DNA of 64,000 bases from Azolla caroliniana (taxonomy: Eukaryota; Plantae; Polypodiophyta). Shown here piece by piece: positions 35,990 through 47,461 of the stretch. The stretch lies in the NCBI GenBank assembly GCA_043228905.1, contig JBHGNT010000013.1, positions 11,718,001-11,782,000 on the forward strand. The letters run 5' to 3'. Numbering within the stretch: the first letter of the stretch is position 1; each line of letters starts with the position of its first letter. The notes beneath the pieces were generated by a model. The model made no database searches and was not told the origin of the DNA. It worked only from the letters and a program-made list of their open reading frames with translations. The position numbers and the translations under genes are program-made.

Positions 35990-38900
35990 AGAGGGCTATC
36001 AAGGCATGGGGCCGCAATAGTCCGGACACCCCGGAAAAACCCCATAGATGTACTATAGGCAAAAAGACTTGTACCATAGGTAGGAACTTTTGGTTCTCCG
36101 ATAGCAGAGGTTGTACGATAGCCGGCGTAGTTGGCCGGGAAAAGAAGCGGGCGGAGGAGCGACTTCAGGCATGCGGAGTCCTCGGCTCTGAAGAGGAAAT
36201 CAACGGAGCGGTGGAGGAAATCTCTTTCGACGACATCTTGGGGAAGTTACGGGAGGTGTTCAGAGAAGGCCTTAATGAGGACCGGACAATTCTGGTATGT
36301 TCGGAAAGGATGTACAAAGTCATCGCCAACTTCGGTAATGGGCTCGAGTCAGATCGGACGGCCCGAGTGGATACAAAGTACAAGATTGTGGACCGGAAGG
36401 TGAGGCCAGTCGCGGCACCCTTGCCGGAGGGTACTGAGTTACAGATAAAGGGGGTCGCGTCGGACCCAAGTTTATGAGATCTAGCCAGCATAGGAAACAT
36501 GTTCACCGACATAACGCTACGAGAGCTCAAGATCGGTGGGGGTGGCTTTCTACTGCCAACTGAAGAGGACCGGTTTCGGAGAATGCTCGGGAGGCACGGG
36601 AAGGCTTTCACATTCTCACCGGAGGAGATCAGGTGCATAGACCCGACGGTTGTAGAACCAATGGTGATCTTCACGGTACCGCATGTGCCGTGGAATCTCA
36701 AACCGATTCTGGTACCCAGAGCTCACATCCCGAAGCTGATGGAGCTATTGAAACGGAAGGTGGAAATGGGCATCCTCGAACCATCTAGCGCCCCATATTC
36801 AAATCGGTGGTTTACAATGCCAAAGAAGAACGACACACTACGCTTCATACAGGACCTGCAACCGGTCAACAAGGTGACCATTCGAAACGCAAGTATCAAA
36901 CTGACCATTGATGAGTTCGCGAAGGCCTTCGTAGGGAGGTCGATCTACTTAGTCAGGGATCTGTACTCAGGGTACGATCAGTTCCAACTAGCCATAGAGA
37001 GCAGGGATGTCACGACGATGCAGACTCCTCTCGGCCTAGTTCGGATGTGTACCTTACCGCAAGGGGAAACTAACTCGGTGGCGCACATGGTGAATGTGAT
37101 GAACAAGGTGTTGAAGGACTGCATCCCGGACATCACCATGCCGTTTCTGGACGATATCCCAATCAAAGGATGTCCGGTGGAGGCCAAGGATGAGTCGATC
37201 GGGCCCGATGGTTGCTGGAGGTTCGTGAAGGATCACATCCGCGACTGCGAGAAGGTGCTACAAAGACTCGGAAGAGCGCGACTCACCTTCTCTGCAGAAA
37301 AATCAGCCTTCGGACATCCTTCGATCTTGGTAGTCAGACACCTGTGCGGGCCTTATGGCCGGAAGCCGTCCCCGGCGAAGGTAGAAGCCATCTTCACGAT
37401 GGAGGATGATTGCGGGTTGGTCACGGAGGTCCGAAGGATCCTGGGGGCATGTGCGTTCTATCACATCTGGATTCTGCACTACGTGCATGTCATGGAACCG
37501 CTTTACGGGTTGCTAAAGAAAGGGCGTAAATTCGAGTAGAGAGACGAGCACACGGAGTCGGTCCGGAGACTGAAGGAGGCGCTCGCCGCGGCACCGACTC
37601 TCCGGAAATCGGTTTATGGCAAGGAAGTGCCCATTTACGTGACGGTGGACACGAGCCCCACCGGGATCGGGTGGTTGATCAATCAGGAAGATGAAGACGA
37701 CGTACGATTCCCGATCCGATTCGGGGCTAAGGTATTGAGCAAGCGACATCGAGGATACGCCCAAATCAAGCGCGAGCTATGGGATATCGTTTCGGCAGTC
37801 AAGGCCGACAAGGACTATCTCATCGGGACGGAAGTGATCATCGAGACGGACTACCTACCGATTCTGGGTATGGTTTCCGGATGCGCGACTCTAGACCTGG
37901 CGATGCTCAGGTGGATCGCGTACATCAAGTCCCTGAACCCGGAGATATGGCACATCTCCAGAAAGGATAACGCCATGGCCGATATGCTTTCAAGGGCGCG
38001 GTTCAGCAACGAGGACGGCATGGTTTCGGATAACGAAGAAGTCGGCGAGGACTTCTTCGGGTCAGCTAACGTAACAACAAGAAAGGGGGGCACTCCGGCG
38101 CTTAACGAATTCGACGAGAGCAAGTACGATGGGGAGTGGCTCCAGATCGGCGGGTTCCTGAAGACAATGACACCGGACGCGGCATGGACGAAGGAAGAGA
38201 TCAACCGGATTCGGAAGAAAGCGTATCAATTCTTCCTACGGGACGGGAGCATATGGAAGCACCCGAAGAAGAGAAACGACATCCCGCTCCGAGTGGTGGC
38301 GAGGAGAGAGGAACAGGAAGAATTACTGACGGCATACCACGAGAGTCCCTGGGCCGAACGCCGCGGGATGTGGGCCACATTCGAGAAGCTAAAAGGGAAG
38401 TACTGGTGGCCGGGGCTATACCGGGACGTGCATCGGTTCGTGACGACTTGCGAAAGCTGTCAAGTGCACTCCATAGTTTGACATCGAGACGAGCTTCACT
38501 CGACCTACCCTCCGACCATCCACTTCAAGTGGATGGTGGATCTGGTGATGATGCCGATGGCGGTAGGGCAGATGCGGTATCTGTGCTGGCTCGGGAGGAC
38601 TTGACGAACCAGGTGGAAGGTCGAGCGTTGCAGAACAAAACGACCACGGACGTGTGCTGATTTCTGATCGAAGAAGTGGTATGCTGGTACGGGTGCGTAG
38701 GTAAGATTGTGGCCGACCACGGAGAATTGGACGCGCAAGAGGCGGAAGAGTTGTTTGACCAGCTAGGGATTAAACTCTCACTCACCATTGCGTACAATCC
38801 GGAGGCTAACGGGAAGGTGGAGCGTGGACATGGGCCGATCATCAAAGTGTTAGTACGGGCATGTGGAGGCCAAGTCGAGAACTGGTCGTGGCTCTTACCC

Positions 38901-39473
38901 TATGCATTGTGGGCAGACCAAACCATGCATAGTTCGGTAACCGGGTTCATGCCTGCAGAGCTAACGTACGGGTAGAAGCCGATCATGCCAACGGAGTAGA
39001 CAATCTCCTCATGGGCCACGGTAGACTGGAAAGACGAGATGAGCCGGGAGGAGCTATTAGCGGCACGGATTCGGCAACTGGAGCGAAGACCGGAGGACGT
39101 GGACCGCGCCGCGGAGAAGCTACGGGTAGCGAGGGTAAAGAGCAAAGGACGGTTCGACCGGACTCACCGATTGAGACCGAAGAAGATCGAGGAAGGGGAC
39201 TGGATTTTAGTGTATGACAACAACCTCGACAACCAACACAGGGCAACGCGGAAGTTTGCAAGAAGGTGGTTCGGGCCTTATGTGGTGACAAGCGCCAACA
39301 ACAATGGGACCTACCATCTCGCGGAGCTCGACGAGATAAGGATGGCGGTACCGGTGGCGGGGAAAAGGATTAAAGCATTCAAAAAGCGGCACGAGGCTGA
39401 ACTAGACCTGGACGACCTGGATGACGACAACGGCCGGCTTGGAACAGATGTCGATCCGGAAGATGAAGGATAA
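35980..39473 (+). pseudogene. pol: RT-RNase H-integrase of G (-1 frame relative to gag-pro; stops and frameshifts)
   Basis: APYSNRWF..PKK..LRFIQDLQPVN, PFLDD, VDTS RNase H, YWWP..C..CQ, NGKVERGH, WFGPY. No chromodomain. Confidence 0.88.
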
Positions 39474-40200
39474 GCGTGGGCCGGTCTTCTCTGGCAAGAG
39501 TCTAATTTTGGCGCATACCGATGGATGTGCGGTTAGGTGGCGACGGATATCGTGGAGAAAATCGTCCCTTGGCGGAAACCGAGTATAACGTGTGTAAACC
39601 GGCCCTTACACGGAGGCACAAGTTTTGTTGTATAGTACGTAGATAGGTACAAGTCGGCTAAGGTGAAATCCTAGGTAGCAAGCATTCATTAGGGAGAAAA
39701 TCGAGGCGTATCCCGGTCCAAAAGGACAGGGAATAAACATGATGTAACGGGTGGTAACGGCTTCCCGCCTTGGGCTATAAAAGAGAGGGAGAGGTATGGG
39801 GAAAAGGGGGATCGCGCTTTGTAGAGGACGAAGTGTTGCCGGACTGGAACCAAGCTCTTCTCCTCTGTCTTCTCCATAGTCCTTCTGTGTAGGTTTTTGG
39901 GAGGCTGACTCTGCTCCGTGGAACGCCCAAGTGCTTCCGACAGAGCCTCCATTTCGCGTTCTGTGTGTCTATGCAGGCGTCGGAGCTTATCACTCACCGG
40001 CTTGCCGGTTGTAACTCCTCGGTTTATATATACATATACATTTGTTCTGTCTCCATTGTTCAACTCCTGTGAATTTGTGTGTCTGTGCGCGTGTGAAGCA
40101 CATCAGTGGTTTCCATCCCCTCTTCTCATTCGGTTATTCCTCGGTCCAAGGCCCCTGTGGTCCCGCCTCGTTCTCCACGCATGCGCGTAACTACGCGACA

Positions 40201-43062
40201 ATGGCAAGTCACCACCTCAGCCCTGGAAGAAGTAAACGTGGGTATGGTGTCAGAACCCCGTTTCCTCTCCATCGCAAAAGAATTAATGCCGGACCAGAGA
40301 AACGTGATGATAACACTACTCAAGAAGTATAAAGATGTGTTCTCTTGGGCCCAAGAGGACATGAAGGGGTTAGATCCGAAGTTCTATCAACATAAGATCA
40401 ATTTAGCAACCGACGCGAAACCGGTCCAGTAGCGTCGATACCGCATGAACCCAAACTACGCGGCCCGCGTAAAAGAAGAAATTGACAAACTCCTCAAGGC
40501 GGGATTCATACGGCCAGTTAAACAAGCTACATGGTTAACACCGATCATAGTCGTACCAAAGAAAAATGGCAAAATACGGGCATGCGTGGACTACCGAAAA
40601 TTAAACGTCGTAACCATTACAGACACATTCCCTTTACCTTTCACCAATAGCGTACTGGACATCGTCGCGGGGCATGCCATGTACAGTTTTTTAGATGGCT
40701 TCAGTGGGTACAACCAAGTACGCATGCACCCCGACAACCAAGAGAAGACGCGGTTGTCACGGACTGGGGAGTCTATGTTGCAGTCGTCATGATGTTTGGG
40801 GTAAAGACGGCGCCGACGACATTTCAACGGACAATCACGGAGATTTTTGGGAAATATATTCTGGCCTTCATGCAAGTTTTTTTGGACGATTTTGCAGTAT
40901 ATGGGAGAACAACCGACCATTTTACGCATCTACAACTGTGCCTGAAACGTTGCCGCACCGCACGCTTAAGCCTGAATCTTGCCAAATGTGCCTTCAGCGT
41001 TACCAGCGGGGCTCTCCTCGGCCATATAGTCAGCAAGGAAGGGATAGCGGTTGATCCGAATAAAATCTCCGCGATTACCCAAGCGAAAATGTCGACAAAC
41101 GTGAAATCACTCAACCATTTTTTAGGACACATACGATGGCACAGTCGGATGATACGCTATTTGGCGGACTTCGCCACGCCGTTACATGTCGTCGTTCATC
41201 GGACTCCCTTCCAAGGGACAGCTACGGAAGAAAAGGCATATGATGAGCTAAAGGTAATGCTAACGCAGGCACCTGTCGTACAGCCACCAGTTTGGACGAA
41301 GCCATTCCACGTGTTCGTAAATGCCTTTGACATAGCAATAGGTAGTGCGCTAATGCAGCTCACAGAGCCGAATTGGTACCGGCTGGGGTACTACGCTAGT
41401 CGTACATTATCAATGGCTGAGCGTAACTATTCCACAACGGAACGTGAGGCATTGGGGATGATCTACAACATCAATAAGTTCCGGCATTATCTTCTAGGGC
41501 GGAAATTCACGTTTCACATTCGGCACTGTTGTATCTGGTGGAGAAATAAGCGTTGATGAGGAAATTGGCGATATGGATGCTGTTGCTTCAAGAATTCGAC
41601 TTTATAATTCAGCACCGCCCGGGCACGCAACACGGAGTGGCAGATTTCTTGAGCAGACTCGATAATGGAGAAACGACACAGAGGGATGACGACGACTTTT
41701 CGGATGCAGACATTCTACGGGTAGCAACACTAGCAGAATGAATAGAAAAGATCTTCCCAGATCGATGGCTCATGGAAATGACCTACTTCCTGACCACGGG
41801 GTTACCGCCACCCCAATTACGGACGGATGAGAAAAACCAGTTGGCCGTCAAGAGTCGAAATTTTTGTTTAGTGGAAAACATACTATACCGCAAGGGCAGT
41901 GACGACATCTGGAGGCGCGGAATACGGTAGGATGAGAAGGCCGCGGTTCTACGTGAAGACCATTGTGGTACCGCAGGAGGACATTACGTGGGCGATGTTA
42001 CGGCCCGGAAAATTTGGCAAGCAGGACTGTGGTGGCCGACGATGCAAAAGGACGCATATGAATATTGCAGACAGTGTGATTTATGCCAACGACTGGGCCA
42101 ACCCACAGAAGTCGCAAGAATGCCACATCAACCAATGTTGCCACTAGATCCTTTCCAAAAGTGGGGGTTAGATTTCGTGGAACCTTTTACCCCGGCGGCC
42201 GCTCGAACAGGCAATAAGTACATCCTGGTGGCTACGGATTACTGCACCAAGTGGGTAGAAGCGAAACCACTACGCGAGAATATTGCGGCAGTCACGGCGA
42301 AATTCCTGTACGAACACATCTGGTGTCATTTCGGCTGCCCTACCGAGCTCATTAATGACCAAGGAAGTCACTTTCTGAATACGGTCATCAACGAACTTAC
42401 CCAACATTACGTGGTGGTGCACAAGAAAAATATGTCGTATTACCCGCAGGCAAATGGTTTGGCAGAATCGACGAACAAAACCGTCCAAACTATCCTAAAA
42501 AAGATAGTCAATGAGAACAGGACGGATTGGGACACCAAGTTGCATAGCGTGTTATGGGCATACCGTACCAGCTATAAGAGCAGCATACAATCAACACCGT
42601 TCAGGCTGGCATTTGGTCTGGAGGCCGTGATGCCAGTTGAATTCCAGGTACCTAGTCTACGAATTCAAATACGAGCCCAGCTACCAGAGGGCAAATCCGC
42701 ACAAATACGGCTACAGAGACTACTAGAGCTAGGAGAAACAAGGGTACGCAGTATGGCCATATTAGAGCAGGAACGGCGGCGGTGCAAAGCATTCGTTGAC
42801 CGACACCGACATGCGCGTGAAAAAGATTTTACGGTTGTAAAAGCGGTATTAGTTTTCCAATATGCCAAGAAAATTACGATTCCGCTGGACAGGCCCGTAC
42901 TGGATAGTAGGAGCAGAACAACGCACGTTTCAACTGGGCACGCTGGTCGGGGAAGTGTTACGACAGAAAGTGAATGGGTTTCGCCTTAAACCTTATTTGG
43001 GACCTACGCCACCTGACCCATTCCACGCCGGACAAGACAAAGCCGGAGAATCCGCGGAGTAA
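40201..43062 (+). pseudogene. pol: Element F: RT-RNase H-integrase (degenerate)
   Basis: VPKKNGKIR.CVDYR, FLDDF, ERNYSTTERE, WGLDF, QANGLAE, WTGPY. Confidence 0.9.
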
Positions 43063-43410
43063 GTAGACGGCCCCACTTGTATTATAGTGTAAAAATAGTA
43101 TTGTATGTAACCGTTACGAAAAAAAGGAAAAGAAAAAAGAGAGAGAAGATAGCGACGCTATTAAAAGGACTTAAGGCATGCATAGACTTCTAGACCAAGA
43201 ACACGTGGCACCACGATGGCTCACCGACCAATGAACCCTAGGCCACAAAAAGAAGGAAATAGAAGGTTTTTTGCACAATACAGAAATCAACCTTCTTACT
43301 CTCAGCGCTCTCATCGCTCCCCTTCCTCACCCTCTTCTCCATCCTATCATAGAGCTCAAGCCCGCCGCAACCAATAGTCTTCACCCACTAGCCACGAGCC
43401 TATTCCGACT

Positions 43411-45392
43411 ATGCTGATATTAATCTCTACAGCCTTGCGTCGATGGCTCGTAGAGAAACGCTTGGATGGGTACATCAGGGTCGTTGAGGCACCTCCACAC
43501 CCTGATGCACTAGACATCGGGCGACAGCTCCGCAGCTACGGAGCCCAACACCACCTTCGAAGCAATCTGAGAACCACGACCGATGATTACGGCCCAGTCA
43601 CAGCAGGGGAAAGCCATATTGATGGCGGAAAGCCATATCAGACATGGCCCATGAGTTCGGCGCACTATTACAATTCGGAACCTCTTTTGAACTCATGGAA
43701 TTCTTGGCAACGCAACATATAAAAGTCTCACAACGAATGGCCGAGGAGCACGCGGAGCGCCAAATGATCGAGTGCGCATTAACACAAACGGCGGAAAGCG
43801 ACGATGAGGATCAGTTAGCCAGAGTCGGCAGGCAGAGGAACGCCGGTATACACCGAATGGGGATGGAACTACCCCCATTAAACGCAGCCCTTGTCAATGT
43901 TCATAGGGAACTGGCAAAGGTCGGTATGGGTGCCAAGGATATGGCGATTAAAAATAAAAATGTCTGGAAAAAGGTTAAACTGACCCAAGCCGAGCTACAA
44001 AAGGCCAATTAACGCAGCACGGAGTTGGAAAATAACGCGACTATGGTGCAACAGGCACCTCCACCAACAACTAACGCCGTCGAAGCCCTGAGGGAAGAAA
44101 TTGAAGCTCAGACCACCATTGCCTCAAAAGCAAAACGGGTCGTGCAACTAGCGGAATCAGAGATTGACCGCCTCCGCGCTGAACTTCACTAGTCCTCAGA
44201 CAGAGAAAAGGACATCTGGGCCAATGGCCGAAAGGCAGTGAAGACCCCTGAAGAGAAACTCACAACGGAGACAGCACATCACACCTGGACGAAAGAAGAA
44301 AATGCCCAATTACGGGAGGAAGCGAAAAAATCGGAAGCGGCAATCGCGGGACTCCGGGCCTTATTGGAGAAGAAGAAAGCATGGTTCGACGAGCAGTTGG
44401 TGAGAGAATAGGAGAGAAGGCATCAGCTCGAAATCCGCCTGAACAATGAAATGGGAAAACTGGAAGAACTATATGCAAAGGAATCCCAGCTTTGGGCAGG
44501 AATGAGGAGAACGTATGAGGAAGCAGTGGCAGTTAATCAGCAAGAAATTGCAAACCTCAAGAAATCTGTAGAAGAAGCACACAACCGTTGCCAAGCCATA
44601 ATAGACAACGTGTGCATCCTTCTGCAAATGAATCGGGAAAGGTTTAGGGTGCAATTAAAAACGGTGCTAGACAAAGGATGGATGGCGTGGGCTGCACAAG
44701 CGGCGGAATTGCATACGTATCGAGTGGACTAGGAGAACCAAAGGAAAGACGGCCAAGGGTTTTACAAACTCAATGACGAATGCATTGCAGCAGTACGCGA
44801 GGAACTCGCACAACTACTAGATGATTTTGGCGAAAGTCAGGAGAACCTGTTTCACCAGATCACGCAAGCCGGCAACATGCGAACAAACGAGGAATCCATC
44901 GCGACACCAATTCCAGATACTGCCGAACAAGAGGAACCTAAGGCCATGTCACTAGAAATTACCACTATGGTGAACAACATGGAACGGCGAGCGGAGTCCC
45001 CCGCAATACCAGACAGCGAAACCACCGACCAGGAGGAACCCCAACCACCGGAGCATATGCTTCTGGCCGACCACACGGAGGACGTTCCGGACCAAGAGGA
45101 ACCGCAACCCCACTCCCCAGAGCGTACAACGACGGCCAACATCACGGAGGAAGTGAGGGACTAAATAGAGCCATGACCTACCGCAAGCCCGCAGACGGCT
45201 AAACCAACCCCCATAGCCCAAGAAGATCCCGCAGAAACCGGACCACCCACAAAGGACGACCGTGACGCCATGAGAAGCCCTCCCGACCAAGTAGGGGAAC
45301 CACACAACGACGTGCCTACGAGCCCTACGCCGTCCCCGGACACGGACACCGTAGCAGAACCAAACATCAGGGCCATTTTGGAGGAAGATTAA
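43411..45392 (+). pseudogene. Extra ORF of element F between pol and the 3' LTR (coiled-coil-like, then E/P/T-rich), fragmented
   Basis: Successive plus-strand fragments 43411-43722, 43644-44012, 44451-44732, 44877-45164, with a final stop just before the PPT. Confidence 0.6.
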
Positions 45393-45406
45393 AGGGGTGG
45401 GTCCGA

Positions 45407-45799
45407 CGTGCCATGGCACTGTCCCACAGGCGTGCCAAGTGTTGTCCACCGGAATAGTAACCGACGGACAAGAGCACAGTAAAATGGAATAGTATAATAT
45501 TGTAACGCATGTAAATGGTTCACGCGGGAAGCGTGAACGGCTAAAAGACCCTGCATATATAAAGGGCAGAAAACCTCTGATAGAGGTAGCATGTAATTTT
45601 GAATGTAAAAGGTGTATCTTAATAGAGTTCTATCTTCTCTAATATCTGTGCGTATCTGTGGTTAATCTACTGTGTGTCTATAATCCACTGATATCCACTG
45701 TCTAAGGAGCTCGGTTGTAGCCGTCTCCCTTATACGCTGCTAGGTTACGGGAGGTATCCCACTAAGTATTACGCATAGACGCTACCATTCGTTGTCACA
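45407..45799 (+). repeat. Probable 3' LTR of element F
   Basis: Follows the PPT AAAGGGGTGGG, has TATATAAA at ~45556 and ends GTCACA. The partner LTR is outside the window. Confidence 0.55.
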
Positions 45800-45840
45800 C
45801 GGTCACTTTGAGGTCTAGGTCGAAGGACTGACTATAGACC

Positions 45841-46463
45841 ATGTTCCTAATCGGTAACACCACAACCCACATACAGGAGCCTGATTGTACTAAGAACGAG
45901 CATACTAGCATCACTCATGAGGATAGTGCAATAAAAACCACCGAGGAAGGGGAGCACGATGGTCTTAAGAATGAGGTGATTATCACCAACCAGGAGAAGT
46001 TCACCATGAGTACTGCGACAACCCACATACAAGAGCCTAATTGTACTGAAAACAAGCATACTAACATCACACATGACGATAGGACAATAAAGACCACCCA
46101 GGAAGGAGAGCACGATGGTCTTAAGAATGAGATAACTATCACCAGCCAGGAGGTGACCATGAGTACTACTACAACCCAATACAGGAGCAACAACATTTGG
46201 AGAAATAGATGAGTGGTAATTTGACTATCAACAGTACCTTTGTGGATGTGTGTACAAGCATTGCAATTGCAGAAAACACACTTGCTCTCTCAAGCTTGCC
46301 ATTGGTCCAAGGTGCCCGTACATCCACCCCTATCTCTAATGGCTTTGATGATGAAGTGCCACTTAGTAAGTTGATACCTAAAGGCTTTAAGATGAAGAAG
46401 AATGTAAAATCACAGAAGATTGGCACCAATAACAAGCACATTACAAGATCGGCGAAATTGTGA
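45841..46463 (+). pseudogene. 3' fragment of an unknown ORF with ~51-aa tandem repeats
   Basis: TTHIQEP.CT.N.HT.ITH.D..IKTT.EGEHDGLKNE occurs twice plus a partial copy; ends DDEVPLSKL...basic tail. Confidence 0.4.
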
Positions 46464-46743
46464 AATGGTGCCTGATTGTCTTTCTATTGAGAAGTCTGTA
46501 CTTGAACTACATATGAACTATTAGTTATGTTTGTACTTGAACTATTTGTAATACCAAAATATTGTCTAAATTGCTAATGTGAAATGTTTTATTGACTCCA
46601 ACTCACTCATCTAGTGTTGTTAGCGTAATGTGAAATGCTATATTGCTAATTGTAGAGAATGAGAATGTTGACAATTGCCAATTGTCATGCAACAATGATC
46701 GTGTTGATTTCATATCAGATATTGCCTCCATCTGTGCATTAGG

Positions 46744-46990
46744 GAACATTTGACATTCATATTAGTACTAAACTAAGATGCATGTATCCGTCTAACTGAG
46801 ATACTTTGGGAGACTACTATGTATTAGTGAACATTTGACATTCATATCAATACTAAACTGACATATGTTATATCTGTCTAAGTGAGAAACGTTGGGAGAT
46901 TACTATGTATTAGTGAACATTTGACATTCATATTAGTACTAAACTAGGATATATATATCCATCTAACTGAGGTACGTTGGGAGACTAAAG
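46744..46990. repeat. Three ~85-bp tandem repeats
   Basis: gaacatttgacattcatat.a.tactaaact...ttgggaga.tact at 46744, ~46829 and ~46915. Confidence 0.8.
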
Positions 46991-47461
46991 TAGTATGCAT
47001 ATTGTAATAAGTTTGGGTTGTATTGATACTTGCGAAGTATGGTCTCCTTGAGTGCACATAGGTAGAGTTGAATAGAGACTTAACACAATAGGGATTAGAA
47101 ATAAAAAACTCTATAATTACTAAATTTAAACATTTACTACTATAATTACAAGAAATACTTACTATTCAGATTGATACTTGTTTTACACTACTGGTATTGA
47201 TACTTGAATAAGTTTGGGCCATGTTGATGCTACTAAGTATTGATACTTGAATAAAGACTTCACACAATAGGGATTAGAAACAAGCAACTCTATAATTACC
47301 ATGAACACTTACAAAACAAGCTCAATAATGACTAGAAACACTATATCGATTCACTTCTCAATCATCAAAATTAATAATTGATCTAGATACAATGTACAAA
47401 TAGTGAACTACAAGAGGATTTTTTTTCAGTTTCCAACGACAATGTATTAATAGGGCAACTT

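Larger units (their letters stand above)
21791..40200 (+). mobile_element. Element G: full-length degenerate Ty3/gypsy, tRNA-Trp primed, carrying I, H, J and K
   Basis: 5' LTR 21791-24301 (interrupted) and 3' LTR 39548-40200. PBS 24306-24323. Flanks ACAG/ATGG restore the F reading frame as ACGG. Confidence 0.9.
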
